NCBI GenBank assembly: GCA_963761705.1
Contig: CAVXHK010000001.1
Span: 259,140-323,139 of the forward strand
DNA from: an uncultured Verrucomicrobiae bacterium
GTDB lineage: Bacteria; Verrucomicrobiota; Verrucomicrobiia; Chthoniobacterales; JAATET01
Length of the DNA stretch: 64,000 bases
Direction: 5' to 3'
Position numbers and translations under genes: made by a program. Positions 8,759-20,735 of this stretch are shown piece by piece; positions within the stretch are counted from its first letter, which is position 1; each line of letters starts with the position of its first letter. Below the pieces are notes generated by a model that was not told the DNA's origin, did not search any database, and was given only the letters and a program-made list of their open reading frames with translations.

Positions 8759-10486
8759 CTACCGCATGAGGTAAACAACCTGCGTCCCACTCCGCGTCAC
8801 CGGCGGACTCATCTCGCCCAGTCGTTCTCGCCAAAAATCCGCCCGACCAGCCTCGGTGACCAACGCGACGCCAGCCCCCTCGCGCCAGATCTCCGCAAAC
8901 TGCTCGACCGTCACGTAACGATCACGCTCCGCCCCAAACTCCCGCGTCAGAAAATCGTCGTCCCCCTCCTGCCCGATGAGTAGCACCTCGTCGCCAACGT
9001 AGAAGAGCAGGCTGCTGCCCGTGTCGATTCCGCCGTCGTAGGCGATGCGGGTCCCGCGGTCCGCGAGTTCCCGGAGCGTTGGGGCCATCTCGGCGACGGA
9101 GAAATACGGCGCGACCCGCGCGTAACCCGCCATCGCGCCGAAGCTCAGACTTGCCGCCGCCAGGAACACGGCACGCAACGCAAACATTTGCCGGCCCCGT
9201 GCCAGCAGAACCGCCGCCAGCGCCAGGGCCACCACCGCGCAACCTAGACTTAATCGTCCCAACGTTGCGAGCGATCCCCAGACTTCCGCGTCCAACCCGA
9301 GCATCGTCGTCCACGCTGTCGACCGTTCCGCTACCGCCGCCGGGTCCGCCGCGCCACCCACGGTCGGCAAGACGAACAGTGCCCCAACGCAGACCAAACC
9401 AAAGGCAGCCACCCCAACCCACGAGATCCCCCGATCAACGAGCGCGGCCACCGCCAGAGCCAGCGCGGGCCAAGCCGCCAGCGCGTAATAATCCTGCCGC
9501 TGACCCGCCAACAGCACCGGCACGAAAACGACGACCGCCCAGACCCCCAAAAAAATCGCCCCACGCCTCCCGCCGAACACCGGGAGGTTCACCCGAGTGT
9601 CGACCTGTCGCGTTCGCACCGCGGCACGAATCCCTTCGGCGACACCAATGATCGACCACGGAAAAAGCCACGCGAGGTGCAGCAGAAGAAATTGTCCCCG
9701 CGGCACGTTCGTGTAGCTCGTCGCCGGAGCCGAGCTGCCCGCGACGTGGCCCCATTGCTCAACCCAGAAAAGGTTCGCCAACACACCCGGATAGCGGGTC
9801 TCGATGAACCAATACCAAGGCACGTTGATCGCCAGGAAAATGGTCGCACCCGTCGGCGACACCAGCCGCCGCGACCGCGCCCGCCATTCCGGCACCGCCA
9901 GCGCCGTTACCCCGACGATTGCCAGCGGGAAGAGCAATCCGTGCAGCCCCTTGGTGAAAACGGCCAACCCAGCCAGCACCCAGAAGCCGATCATCCAACG
10001 CCGATCCCGCGACTCGGCAAGCAACCCCCGCAGTCCGCAGTAAATCGCCCACGCGATGAACGCACAAAAGACCGGCTCCGGCATCACGATCCGCGCAAGC
10101 GTCGCCGTCCCCAGAAACGTCAGTAAGATCGCGCCCGCCACGAACCCCCGCCAGGCCCCGGCCATCAGCCCGCCAATCGCGAAGGTCGCCAGCACCCACG
10201 CCGTCACCCCCAGCGCGTTCGGCAGCCGGGCGGCAAATTCGCTCACCCCAAAGACGCGGAACGAACTCGCGATCATCCAATAGAGCAGCGGCGGCTTCAC
10301 GAGGCGCGGCACGCCGTTGTTCTGCGGGACGAGCCAGTCGCCGCCCCCGGCCATCACCCGGGCCGCGCCCGCGTATTGGCCGTCGGTCTCATTGTAAAGA
10401 GCGCCCCAACCCGCCGACTGGATCTGCAGCGCCGCGCAGAGCACGAGGAGAACGGCCGCGAACCCCGCGGTGGCGGACCATTTCAC
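8759..10486 (-). CDS. Glycosyltransferase family 39 (ArnT/PMT-like)
   Basis: NETDGQYAGAARVMAGGGDWLVPQNNGVPRLVKPPLLYWMIA plus many TM helices. GTG 10486 overlaps the stop of the upstream thioesterase (GTGA), which I prefer to the longer ORF start at 10579. Confidence 0.8.
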   Translation of the reverse strand: MKWSATAGFAAVLLVLCAALQIQSAGWGALYNETDGQYAGAARVMAGGGDWLVPQNNGVPRLVKPPLLYWMIASSFRVFGVSEFAARLPNALGVTAWVLATFAIGGLMAGAWRGFVAGAILLTFLGTATLARIVMPEPVFCAFIAWAIYCGLRGLLAESRDRRWMIGFWVLAGLAVFTKGLHGLLFPLAIVGVTALAVPEWRARSRRLVSPTGATIFLAINVPWYWFIETRYPGVLANLFWVEQWGHVAGSSAPATSYTNVPRGQFLLLHLAWLFPWSIIGVAEGIRAAVRTRQVDTRVNLPVFGGRRGAIFLGVWAVVVFVPVLLAGQRQDYYALAAWPALALAVAALVDRGISWVGVAAFGLVCVGALFVLPTVGGAADPAAVAERSTAWTTMLGLDAEVWGSLATLGRLSLGCAVVALALAAVLLARGRQMFALRAVFLAAASLSFGAMAGYARVAPYFSVAEMAPTLRELADRGTRIAYDGGIDTGSSLLFYVGDEVLLIGQEGDDDFLTREFGAERDRYVTVEQFAEIWREGAGVALVTEAGRADFWRERLGEMSPPVTRSGTQVVYLMR

Positions 10487-10908
10487 TTCGGATCGAAAGA
10501 AAAATGGTCGGGGAAGCCAGGCGGCAACCGGATCGGACGACCCTCGGGCATCCGCACCAGCGCAAGCGCCTGACGGCACGTCACGAGGAGCGCGTCGTCA
10601 CTCGGACGCACGACTTCGAACTCGCAGAAAAATCGCACTTTCGACGACTCCGCGATCCGCCCGTCGATCCGCAGTTTGTCACCAAGCAAGGCCGGACGCC
10701 GGTAGTCGATCTCGGTGCGCGTGACGACCGGGTGGACCTGCGTTCGCGCAATCTCCTCGAAGCTCATTCCCATCCGAATGGCGAGGTGCGTGCGCGTCGT
10801 CTCGATGAAGCGCAGGTAATTGATGTTGTTCACCACGCCCGCCGCGTCGGTGTCGAAATACATGACTTGAATCTCCGTGCTGATCCGCGTCTTCGGATTG
10901 TCGTCCAT
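10483..10908 (-). CDS. Acyl-CoA thioesterase, 4HBT/YbgC hot-dog family
   Basis: VMYFDTDAAGVVNNINYLRFIE...VVTRTEIDYRRPALLGDKL is typical of hot-dog fold thioesterases. Confidence 0.8.
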   Translation of the reverse strand: MDDNPKTRISTEIQVMYFDTDAAGVVNNINYLRFIETTRTHLAIRMGMSFEEIARTQVHPVVTRTEIDYRRPALLGDKLRIDGRIAESSKVRFFCEFEVVRPSDDALLVTCRQALALVRMPEGRPIRLPPGFPDHFSFDPK

Positions 10909-11096
10909 CGGGGGAATATGCGGCGGCGGTCTGCCGACTGTCGACTATCGAACAGCCCAGCCGCCCCGGATGTCATTCTTCACTTCGTTCAGAATGACAG
11001 GGACGACAAGAACGACGATCTCCCCTCCCCCAACTTGACCATTGACAACCCCGCACCCCTCTGGAAGGGTCCCCAACCCACAAATTCTCGACTCTC

Positions 11097-11270
11097 ATGA
11101 AACGCACCTACCAACCATCCAAGCGCACGCGCAAGCAACAGTTCGGCTTCCGGGCCCGGATGGCGACCAAAGGCGGTCGCGCCATTCTTTCCCGCCGCCG
11201 TCAGAAGGGCCGCAAGCGCCTCCTGCCGAAGGGTGCCGAGATCCACTTCAAGCGTCACACCGCTGCCTGA
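11097..11270 (+). CDS. rpmH: 50S ribosomal protein L34
   Basis: I translated this by hand because it falls below the ORF-track size cutoff: [57 protein letters not shown]. It has the canonical L34 core plus about 13 extra C-terminal residues. Confidence 0.9.
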   Translation: MKRTYQPSKRTRKQQFGFRARMATKGGRAILSRRRQKGRKRLLPKGAEIHFKRHTAA

Positions 11271-11637
11271 TTCCCGACCGCTCCGGTTCACCCGGGCGGC
11301 TCGATTGAATCTGAGCCACGAATTTTCCGCCGTGCGCGAGCGCGGCGAGACGACTCAAGGCCGTTACTTCCGGGTAACGGTCCTTCGTTTTCCCGGCGAG
11401 GACTTCGCCCCCCGCATCGGCTTCATCACGTCCCGCCGCGTCGGTCCTGCCGTCGCCCGCAACCGGGTCCGCCGCCAGTTGCGCGAGATTTTCCGCCTCC
11501 TCCAGCACGAAGTCGCCCGCGGGGTCTGGATCGTCGTCGTGGGCAAGCGGGCCGCGACCGGGACCGACTACGGCACGCTGCGAGAGGAATGGTTGCGTCT
11601 CGCCAGGCGGCTTTCTATTGTCCCCCAGCTCGAATGA
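11233..11637 (+). CDS. rnpA: Ribonuclease P protein component
   Basis: [25 protein letters not shown]...[21 protein letters not shown], and its position directly after rpmH. The start is uncertain, because GTG 11233 overlaps rpmH by 38 nt. Confidence 0.8.
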   Translation: MPRSTSSVTPLPDSRPLRFTRAARLNLSHEFSAVRERGETTQGRYFRVTVLRFPGEDFAPRIGFITSRRVGPAVARNRVRRQLREIFRLLQHEVARGVWIVVVGKRAATGTDYGTLREEWLRLARRLSIVPQLE

Positions 11638-11900
11638 AACACCTGCTTTTGGCCCTCATCTACGGTTACCGCCTGGCGATCGTCCCGGCGTTGCGGTTCA
11701 TCGTCGGACCCAGCGGCTCCTGCCGCTACCAGCCGACGTGCTCGCACTACGCCATCGAGGCCATTGAAGTCCACGGCGCCGCGCGAGGCGGCTGGCTCGC
11801 GCTCAAACGAATCTGCCGTTGCCACCCCTGGGGTGGTCTCGGCGCCGACCCGGTGCCACCGGTCGCCCCCGTCGATCATCGCCCCCTCCGGCAGGGCTAA
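11634..11900 (+). CDS. yidD: Membrane protein insertion efficiency factor YidD
   Basis: [20 protein letters not shown]...[41 protein letters not shown] 11634 overlaps the rnpA stop (ATGA). Confidence 0.88.
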   Translation: MKHLLLALIYGYRLAIVPALRFIVGPSGSCRYQPTCSHYAIEAIEVHGAARGGWLALKRICRCHPWGGLGADPVPPVAPVDHRPLRQG

Positions 11901-11915
11901 ACCTCTCTTCACCAA

Positions 11916-13748
11916 ATGGATCGCAAAACCTGGGTCGCCATCGGCCTCTCCATCCTCGCCTTCATCGCTTGGCAGTATTACTACACCGCCACCTACGGCG
12001 ATTTCATCAAGCAGCAGCAACTCGAGCGCGTCCGCCAAGCCGAGGAGCAAGCGGCCAATCCAACGCCAGCACCGACCGCGACTGCGCCCGGGACGACGCC
12101 GGCGACTGCCGACGCGGCGCCGACGCCACTCGCGCCCACTTCGACGATGTCCGCGCAGAGCGAGACGGTCAGCGCGGGACCGGGCGCGGATTTCAAGTTC
12201 AACAACGACACTGGCGGCATCGACACCGCCATCCTTCTTCTGCACCTCGGCGAGGACCAGGAGGCCGTCGGGATCAATAGTCACACGTCCATTCCCATCG
12301 GCGCGCTGGCTTTCGAACCCGGGCAATTCATCGGTGGCTTCGAGATGCGGGTCGACCGCACGCGGCGGCAGGTCATTTTTACCAATCAGCAACCCGACGG
12401 ACTCGAAATCACGAAGACCTTTACCGTCTCCGACGCCAACGCCGAGGTCTACGACGAGGAAACCGCCACCGATCCCGACGCGCCGAAGAACGACCCCTAC
12501 GTCGTCGATCTCGACGTCACGTTCCGCAATACCGGCACCGCACCCGTCCAACGCGACGGCTACTTCCTGAGCACGGGCGGAGCCGAGCCGATCCACGTGA
12601 AGGATCTGCCGACCTACACGCGCTTCGATTGGTCGAAAGACGGCGAGATGGAGGACATCGACGTCAATTGGTTCGGTGGATCGAGCATCCCAGTCGTCGG
12701 GATTTCCCTGCGCGACTCCGCGAATCTTTACGCGGAGTCTGCGGAAGAGGTCCAATGGGCCGCCGTCACGAGCCAGTATTTTTGCACGATCATCACGGCC
12801 AAGGGCGACACGGTCGGCAAGATGGTCACCGCCCAGCGCTACGCTGTTCCGAACGACCAAGGTAAGACGATCTACGGGATCCGAGGCTCCCTCGGGATGG
12901 GTGCGTTCGAACTCGCTGCGGGCGAGGCGACCAGCGCGAAGTTCGAGATCTACGCCGGCCCGAAGGACCTCAACCGCCTCCGCTCCCTCGGCGGCAACCA
13001 CGAGGAGGTCATGAACTTCGGCATGTTCGGCTTCGTGAGCAAATTTCTGCTCTGGGCCATGAACCTTCTCCACGGCGTCCTCCACAGCTACGCCGCGGCC
13101 ATCATCGTCCTCACGCTCTGCATCAAGTCCGCCCTCTGGCCGCTGCAGAACAAAGCGACCCAGTCGATGAAGCGCATGTCGCTGCTCTCACCGAAGATGA
13201 CCGAGCTTCGCGAGAAGTACAAGGATGACCCGACGAAGATGAACACGGAGCTCATGGGGCTCTACAAAAAATACAGCGTCAACCCCTTCAGCGGGTGCCT
13301 CCCGATGCTCGTTCAGATCCCGATTTTCTTCGGTTTCTACTCGATGCTCGGGACCGCCATCGAGCTTCGCAACAGCTCGTTCCTGTGGATCAACGATCTC
13401 TCGCAACCCGACACGGTCGGCCATTTCCTCGGCTTCCCGATCAATCTCCTCCCGCTCCTCATGGCCGGCTCGATGGTCTGGCAGATGGGAATCACGCCAA
13501 AGACGGGCGACAAGATGCAACAGCGCATGATGATGTTCATGCCCGTCATCTTCGTCGTCTTCGCCTACAACTACGCATCGGGCCTCTCGCTTTATTGGAC
13601 AACGCAGAACATCTTTTCTATCGTTCAGCTCTACCTCACGCGGAACCAACCGCTGCCGACGCTGGAGGAGAAAAAAAAGCCACCCGTTGCGCGCACCGGC
13701 GGCTCCTCGACGACGGCAAAAAGTCGAAAAAAACGCTCAAAACCATGA
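11916..13748 (+). CDS. yidC: Membrane protein insertase YidC
   Basis: 610 aa with a large periplasmic domain and a conserved 60-kDa-IMP core: LQNKATQSMKRMSLLSPKMTELREKYKDDPTKMNTELMGLYKKYSVNPFSGCLPMLVQIPIFFGFY. Confidence 0.93.
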   Translation: MDRKTWVAIGLSILAFIAWQYYYTATYGDFIKQQQLERVRQAEEQAANPTPAPTATAPGTTPATADAAPTPLAPTSTMSAQSETVSAGPGADFKFNNDTGGIDTAILLLHLGEDQEAVGINSHTSIPIGALAFEPGQFIGGFEMRVDRTRRQVIFTNQQPDGLEITKTFTVSDANAEVYDEETATDPDAPKNDPYVVDLDVTFRNTGTAPVQRDGYFLSTGGAEPIHVKDLPTYTRFDWSKDGEMEDIDVNWFGGSSIPVVGISLRDSANLYAESAEEVQWAAVTSQYFCTIITAKGDTVGKMVTAQRYAVPNDQGKTIYGIRGSLGMGAFELAAGEATSAKFEIYAGPKDLNRLRSLGGNHEEVMNFGMFGFVSKFLLWAMNLLHGVLHSYAAAIIVLTLCIKSALWPLQNKATQSMKRMSLLSPKMTELREKYKDDPTKMNTELMGLYKKYSVNPFSGCLPMLVQIPIFFGFYSMLGTAIELRNSSFLWINDLSQPDTVGHFLGFPINLLPLLMAGSMVWQMGITPKTGDKMQQRMMMFMPVIFVVFAYNYASGLSLYWTTQNIFSIVQLYLTRNQPLPTLEEKKKPPVARTGGSSTTAKSRKKRSKP

Positions 13749-14194
13749 TCCAAACGCCCAAGGAAATCCTCGACACGATCCTGGGCTACCTTGGTTTTGT
13801 GGTCGAAATCAAGGAGATGGAACGCGACGGCGCTCGGGTCCTCCAAATTTACACCCAGGACGCCGAGGCGTTGATCGGGCGGCAGGACCAGACGCTGGGC
13901 GACCTGCAATTCATCGTCAACCGCATCCTGCACATTCAGCAGCCCGACTCGCCGAAGATCGTCGTCGACGTCGAACACCACCGCGACATGCGCGACGACG
14001 CCCTCGTTCACAAGGCGCAGCAACTCGCCGAGACCGTCCGCCACGGCGGCCACGCGGTTCAGACCGAGCCGCTCAATTCCTACGATCGCCGCATCGTTCA
14101 CAACGTCTTTGCCGAAGACGCCGACCTCGAAACCTACAGCCCGCGGAGCGCCGACCGGGTCAAACGCATCACCATCCGCCGCCGGCGGTCGTAA
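13745..14194 (+). CDS. jag: RNA-binding protein Jag (KH + R3H domains)
   Basis: MIQTPKEILDTILGYLGF... and an R3H-type C-terminus EPLNSYDRRIVHNVFAED. ATG overlaps the yidC stop. It sits in the canonical position after yidC. Confidence 0.75.
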   Translation: MIQTPKEILDTILGYLGFVVEIKEMERDGARVLQIYTQDAEALIGRQDQTLGDLQFIVNRILHIQQPDSPKIVVDVEHHRDMRDDALVHKAQQLAETVRHGGHAVQTEPLNSYDRRIVHNVFAEDADLETYSPRSADRVKRITIRRRRS

Positions 14195-14300
14195 GTCCGA
14201 ATCGGGCACGCGCCGCGGGCACCCACGGCAACGCCAATCTGCTTAGACCGATTCTCATCATTCAGCGGACGAATTTTATCGGCTGGCAGCCGACGGTGCT

Positions 14301-15206
14301 CTAATTCGGCAGCTCTTTCATCCGGCGGATGAGGGTGTCGGCCATGTCGGCGGGGGTCTCGGCGACGGCAATCCCCGCGTCTTTCAACGCTTCGATCTTC
14401 GCGGCAGCCGTTCCTTCGCCACCACTGACAATCGCACCGGCGTGACCCATCCGGCGTCCCGGAGGAGCGGTCGCTCCGGCGATGAAGGCGGCGATGGGTT
14501 TCTTGCAGTTGGCCTTCGCCCAGGCGGCGGCTTCTTCTTCGGCGGTGCCACCGATCTCACCGATCATGATGATCGCTTCGGTCTCGGGGTCGTCGTTGAA
14601 CATTTCCAAGACGTCGCGGTGCGAGGTACCATTGACTGGATCGCCGCCGATGCCGACGCAGGTGCTCTGGCCAAGGCCGCGGGTCGTCAGTTGCCAGACG
14701 GCCTCGTAAGTCAGCGTGCCGGAGCGCGAGACGACGCCGACGTTGCCGCGCTTGTGGATGTAGCCGGGGGCGATGCCGATGCGGCAACCGCCGTGGGAGT
14801 TCTCGCCGGTGCCGGGAGTTACGATACCGGGACAGTTCGGGCCGATGAGGCGGGTTTTCGATCCCTTGAGCGCCTGCTTCACGCGAACCATGTCGTTAAC
14901 CGGGATGCCTTCGGTGATGCAGATCGCAAGGTCGAGGCCCGCGTCCATGGCTTCGAAGATGGCGTCCGCGGCGAACGGCGGCGGGACGAAGATGACGGAG
15001 ACGGTCGCTCCGGTCTCGGCGACCGCGTCACGGACGGTGTCAAAGATCGGCACGGTGTCGGCGAAGGTCTGACCGCCCTTACCGGGCGTGACGCCAGCGA
15101 CGATCTGGGTGCCGTAGTCGAGGCTGAGCTGCGCGTGACGGGCACCGAAGCTGCCGGTGATGCCCTGAACGAGGACTTTGGTTTCGGGAGTGACGAGAAT
15201 GGCCAT
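14301..15206 (-). CDS. sucD: Succinate--CoA ligase subunit alpha
   Basis: [21 protein letters not shown]...[11 protein letters not shown]...SRSGTLTYE...[11 protein letters not shown]. Confidence 0.95.
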   Translation of the reverse strand: MAILVTPETKVLVQGITGSFGARHAQLSLDYGTQIVAGVTPGKGGQTFADTVPIFDTVRDAVAETGATVSVIFVPPPFAADAIFEAMDAGLDLAICITEGIPVNDMVRVKQALKGSKTRLIGPNCPGIVTPGTGENSHGGCRIGIAPGYIHKRGNVGVVSRSGTLTYEAVWQLTTRGLGQSTCVGIGGDPVNGTSHRDVLEMFNDDPETEAIIMIGEIGGTAEEEAAAWAKANCKKPIAAFIAGATAPPGRRMGHAGAIVSGGEGTAAAKIEALKDAGIAVAETPADMADTLIRRMKELPN

Positions 15207-15250
15207 TTGGAGAATTTTCGAGCTTGGGATCTCGGTTTTCGAGTGGTGAG

Positions 15251-15630
15251 TTACGCGGGCGATTGTTGGTCGCTCGGTTTGCGTTTGTGAATGATGAGGA
15301 TGTTGCCGTCGGGATCTTTGACCATCGCCAGGTCGCAGACGGGGGTCTCGAAGGGTTCCAGGTGGAAGGGGACTTCGTCGGCTTTGAGTTCGGAGATCGC
15401 GGTTTCAAAGCAGTCGACCTCCAGACCAACGGAGCAGCCGTCGCTGGAAGATTTCCAACCCGGGGCTTTGCCGATGCTGAGCGTGCCGGGGCCGATGTCG
15501 TATTCAACCCAGTGACCGCCTTGCGTCTCGTGGTCCAGCGTGCATTCCAGGCCAAGGATTCCTTCGTAGAAGGCCTTGGCGCGGGGCACATCCGTGACCG
15601 GATAGCAGGAAAACGCGATCTCTTGGATCT

Positions 15631-15634
<4 letters not shown>
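15251..15634 (-). CDS. VOC/glyoxalase family protein
   Basis: 127 aa. [29 protein letters not shown]...[14 protein letters not shown] is a glyoxalase-fold signature. ATG overlaps the sucC stop. Confidence 0.75.
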
Positions 15635-16827
<1,193 letters not shown>

Positions 16828-16988
16828 GCGTCAGGCCGCCGCGCCGAGTTGACGGTCGTGGCGGGGATCATGGGATATCGGAAGGTCTTGTCGTTGGCAA
16901 GGTTGGAGCGGATCGCTGGCAGGGTCACCGCATCGGGAGCGTGAGCCGGAGACGTTTCGCTTCGCTCAATCTGCCAGGTGGGTTCGGA

Positions 16989-19052
16989 TTACCTGGGTTC
17001 GTCGGGCGAAGGTTGGGGTGCGTCCCCGGCACGGCGGCGATATTCGGCGGCTTTGGTGGGGTCGGGATCGACACCGATGCCGAGTGCGTAGGCTTCGGCC
17101 ATGAGGCTGGCTCCGGCGGCGCTCCCGTCGTTCTCGGCCATGGTGGCGTATTTGATAAAAAGCGATGGCTCGGCCTCGCGGTAGCGGGTGGCGAGCAGGA
17201 GTTGGGCGGATTCGGAATGGGCTTCGGCGGCTTGCTGGAGGGGATCTTCGAGGTCGGCGAAGTCTTCGTCGGTGAGCGGCTCAAGGCTGATGGCGGCGGC
17301 GAGACGCTCCATTTCGGCGGGAAGATCTTCGTCGGAGCGGTCGCGCTCCCAAGCTTGCGCGAGAACGTCGAGGGCGACGCCCGGGCGGTCGGCGGCAGCG
17401 AGGGAGCGGGCGCGCTCAACGGTCGAGTTAGTGGGAGTGGCGGTCGGCTCGGGGGAATCGGTAGCGAACGGATTGGGCGTTGGGGTCGCGGAGGCAGGGG
17501 TCGGAGTCGGGCGGGGCGTCGGGTCTGGTAGCGGCGCGGGCGGAGGGGATTGAACTGAAAAAAGGAGGTACAGAAGAATGAGTCCGGCGAGTCCAACGAG
17601 TGCGCCGACCCAGGCCGGGACCCGGCGGCGGGGGGCGCGAGCAAGTTCGACTCGGTCGATGCGGGGGGTGCTCTTCCCGGGCGGAGGGATGACGACTTCA
17701 TCGGCGGCGGGTGCGCTGACGACTCCGCACGGGTCGCCAACGGCGTCGCCAAGGTCGGCAACGAAGGCGACGGGCGACGGGTGGCTTTTGTTCGGATCGA
17801 GGGCACGGCGGAGCACGCGGTTGGCCGCTGCGGAAAGGTCGGGGATCGGCTGGAACTCCGGGCCGCATTCGCAACCCGGATGGCCGGAGAGCATTTCGTA
17901 AGCGATGATGGCGAGACTCCGGGTCGAGTCGGCGGCGGGTTCGCCGATCTCGAATTGTGGTTGGAGCGCATCGGGTGGGAGTAATTTAACCCGCGCGGAC
18001 GCCATCTTGGGAGCTGGCTGCCCGGCTCGGCGGAGAGCCTCGAGGCCGCCGGCGAGCGAGGTGAGAATCGTCATCGCCGCGGCGACTGAGAGCGATCCCT
18101 CGCGTTCGACGGTCTCGCGAATCGACGGCGCGGTGGTCCATTCGGGCGTCGGCTCGCGGAAGATCGACGGATGGCGGACGTCGCGGATGCTGGCGACGCA
18201 TTGGGCGACGATGACCCGGAGATCGGCGGGCGTCTGCGGGCGTAGAGCGGGGTCTTTCTCCAGCATGATGCGCAGGAGTTTGACGATGGTGGGGGGTTGA
18301 TCGCCGAGGGGCGCAAGCGGGGCGGCCCGGTGGAGATGCTGGCTCATCACCTGGGCGACGGAGCCGCTGAAGGGGGCCTTGCCGGCGAGGAGGTAGTAGA
18401 GGGTGACGCCGAGCGAGTAGATGTCGGAGCGAACGTCGAGTTCGGTTTCTTCGAGCTGCTCGGGGCTGGCGAAGTGCGGGGTGCCGAGGAAGCCTCCCTG
18501 CGTGATGGTGGCGGCGTCGAAGCCGGAGTCGCGGTCGGCGGCTTTCGCGAGGCCGAAGTCGATGACGCGGACGCGGATGTCGTCGGGATCGTGCTCGTCG
18601 TCGCGGGTGAGCATGAGATTCGACGGTTTGATGTCGCGGTGGACGAGGCCTCGTTTGTGCGCGGCGGAGAGGGCGCGGGCGACTTGATCGACGATGTCGA
18701 GGGCGAGGAGCGGTGGGAGATTTCCCTCGCGGACCATGAAGTCCTCGACCGTCTCGCCGTCGATGAACTCCATCGCGTAAAAAAACGCGTCGTCGGCCTG
18801 GCCTAGGTGGAAGACGGTGGCGACGTTCGGGTGGCGGATCGCCGCGGCGGCGCGGGCTTCGCGGAGAAATCGGGCGCGGGCGTTGTCGCTCGTGAGGGTG
18901 GTGGCGTTGATGACCTTCAGCGCGACGGCGCAGTGGAGGCTGGTGTCGTGGGCGCGGTAGGTGATGCCCATGGCGCCGCGGCCGAGTTCCCAGAGCGACC
19001 CGTCGGCACGGCGAAGCACCTCGTAGTGCTCGAACCGAACCGATTCCGCCAT
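16989..19052 (-). CDS. Membrane Ser/Thr protein kinase with extracytoplasmic Pro/Thr linker and Sel1-like repeats
   Basis: Kinase motifs GRGAMGITYRA, AVALKVI, HRDIKPSNLML, DFGLAK. TM segment VPAWVGALVGLAGLILLYLLF. PT-rich linker. C-terminal Sel1-like segment AEAYALGIGVDPDPTKAAEYRRRAG. Confidence 0.88.
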   Translation of the reverse strand: MAESVRFEHYEVLRRADGSLWELGRGAMGITYRAHDTSLHCAVALKVINATTLTSDNARARFLREARAAAAIRHPNVATVFHLGQADDAFFYAMEFIDGETVEDFMVREGNLPPLLALDIVDQVARALSAAHKRGLVHRDIKPSNLMLTRDDEHDPDDIRVRVIDFGLAKAADRDSGFDAATITQGGFLGTPHFASPEQLEETELDVRSDIYSLGVTLYYLLAGKAPFSGSVAQVMSQHLHRAAPLAPLGDQPPTIVKLLRIMLEKDPALRPQTPADLRVIVAQCVASIRDVRHPSIFREPTPEWTTAPSIRETVEREGSLSVAAAMTILTSLAGGLEALRRAGQPAPKMASARVKLLPPDALQPQFEIGEPAADSTRSLAIIAYEMLSGHPGCECGPEFQPIPDLSAAANRVLRRALDPNKSHPSPVAFVADLGDAVGDPCGVVSAPAADEVVIPPPGKSTPRIDRVELARAPRRRVPAWVGALVGLAGLILLYLLFSVQSPPPAPLPDPTPRPTPTPASATPTPNPFATDSPEPTATPTNSTVERARSLAAADRPGVALDVLAQAWERDRSDEDLPAEMERLAAAISLEPLTDEDFADLEDPLQQAAEAHSESAQLLLATRYREAEPSLFIKYATMAENDGSAAGASLMAEAYALGIGVDPDPTKAAEYRRRAGDAPQPSPDEPR

Positions 19053-19064
19053 CGTGGTGTCGGC

Positions 19065-20672
19065 CTACGCCATCGTGACGGCTGCGCGGTCGTCGACGGC
19101 GGCGCTCTTTTCGATGAAGTAGTCGTAACCGCCGGGATACGGGATGATCTGGCCGCCGTTCACGTGGAGGACTTTACTCGCGAGCTGGCGGATGAAGTGG
19201 ACGTCATGCGAGATGAAGACGAGCGTGCCGTCGTATTCCTTGAGCGCCAGGATGAGCGACTCGACGGTGTGGATGTCCAAGTGGGTCGTCGGCTCGTCCA
19301 TGAGGAGAAGGTTTGGTGGGTCGACGAGAAATTTGATCAGGTTAAGTCGGCTTTTTTCGCCGCCGCTGAGGACCGCCGTTTTCTTGTAGATCGCGTCCTT
19401 ACGAAAAAGGAAGGTGCCGAGAATGCCGCGGGCGTCTTCTTCGCGGATGCCGTTGCCAGCTTCGAGGACTTCTTCGAGGATCGTTTTTTCGGGGTCAAGC
19501 GTATCGGCGCGGTGCTGGCTGAAGTAGCCGATCTTCGCGTTGTGACCTTCGTTCACGCGCCCGCTGCCGGGCTGAAGGACGCCGGCCAGGAGCTTGAGGA
19601 GAGTGGATTTGCCCGCACCGTTCGGGCCGACGAGAACGGTGCGCTCGCCGCGTTCGACGGAAAGGCTCAGGCCCTCGTAGACGACGTGGTCGCCGTAGGC
19701 AAAGTCGACGTCCTCGAGCGAGATCGCGCGCTGACCACCGCGCTCGGGCTGCGGGATCTGGAATTTGAAGGGCTTCTTGGGCGGCATCGGCTTCTCGACG
19801 AGTTCCATGCGCTCGAGTTCTTTCTGGCGACTCTGAGCCTGCGCCGCCTTCGACGAGACCGATCGAAATTTATCGATAAATTCGTTGAGCGCCTTGATCT
19901 GCTTTTGCTGATTTTTGTAGGCCGCGATGTTGTTTTCGTAGTTCGCTTGGCGCTTCTCGAGGAACTCGGTGTAGTTCGATTTGTAGGCGACGAGACGCTG
20001 GTTCTCGATCTCGTAAACGGTCTGCGCGAGTTCATCCATGAAGTAGCGGTCATGCGAGATCAGGAGGACCGCGCCGGAGTAGCTCTTGAGGTATTCCTGG
20101 AGCCAGATGAGCGAATTGAGATCGAGGTGGTTGGTCGGTTCGTCCAGCAGGAGGAGGTCGGGTTGCATGACGAGGAGGCGGGCCAGGTGGGCTCGCATCA
20201 CCCAGCCGCCGGAGAGCTCCTTCGCCTTTTTGGTGTAGGTCTTCTCGTTGTAGCCGAGGCCGGCGAGGATGGACTTCGCCTTGGCCTCGACCTGCGGGTC
20301 GTTGAGCGCCTCGAACTGCATGTTCGCCTCGTTGTAATCCGGGCTGTCGACGTTGCCGTCCTGCTCGAAGGCGCGGAGTTTTTTGTCCAGAGCGTCGATC
20401 TCGCCCGCGCGTCCGGTCGCGATGTCCATGACCGTTTCCTCGCCGACGGCTTCGCCCTCCTGAGGCAGGTAGCCGACCATCGTCCACTCATCGCGGTCGA
20501 CGTGGCCGGAGTCGGGGGTGTCGTGTTTGAGAATGATCGAGAAGAGCGTGGATTTCCCGGCGCCATTTGGCCCGACGAGCGCCACCCGCTCGCCGTAGTT
20601 CACCTGCATCCCGGCTTTCTCGAACAGCACGCGCCCCCCATGGCTCTTTTTCAGATCACGAATCGTTAGCAT
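19065..20672 (-). CDS. ABC-F family ATPase (two ABC domains, no TM)
   Basis: Two Walker A motifs (GPNGAGKST twice), two LSGG signatures (LSGGWVMRAHLARL and LSGGEKSRLNLIKFL), and a charged linker between them. Start taken at MLTIRDLKK. Confidence 0.88.
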   Translation of the reverse strand: MLTIRDLKKSHGGRVLFEKAGMQVNYGERVALVGPNGAGKSTLFSIILKHDTPDSGHVDRDEWTMVGYLPQEGEAVGEETVMDIATGRAGEIDALDKKLRAFEQDGNVDSPDYNEANMQFEALNDPQVEAKAKSILAGLGYNEKTYTKKAKELSGGWVMRAHLARLLVMQPDLLLLDEPTNHLDLNSLIWLQEYLKSYSGAVLLISHDRYFMDELAQTVYEIENQRLVAYKSNYTEFLEKRQANYENNIAAYKNQQKQIKALNEFIDKFRSVSSKAAQAQSRQKELERMELVEKPMPPKKPFKFQIPQPERGGQRAISLEDVDFAYGDHVVYEGLSLSVERGERTVLVGPNGAGKSTLLKLLAGVLQPGSGRVNEGHNAKIGYFSQHRADTLDPEKTILEEVLEAGNGIREEDARGILGTFLFRKDAIYKKTAVLSGGEKSRLNLIKFLVDPPNLLLMDEPTTHLDIHTVESLILALKEYDGTLVFISHDVHFIRQLASKVLHVNGGQIIPYPGGYDYFIEKSAAVDDRAAVTMA

Positions 20673-20735
20673 CGGCGGACCGTAGCAGAAGTTTCCCACC
20701 CGGGAAACGGGCATGTGGGAACCCGTCGAAAAACC

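Noticed and set aside
10972-10998. Hairpin GTCATTCT-tcacttcgttc-AGAATGAC in the thioesterase/rpmH divergent region as a regulatory element
   Set aside because: It is a clear 8-bp stem, but a single copy in this window. It resembles a generic dispersed palindrome I have seen in many genomes. There is no basis here to assign a function.
18807-20669. 620-aa + strand ORF
   Set aside because: It is antisense to the ABC-F ATPase gene, which has unambiguous Walker and signature motifs. It is Val/Glu/Arg/Asp-rich with no motifs.
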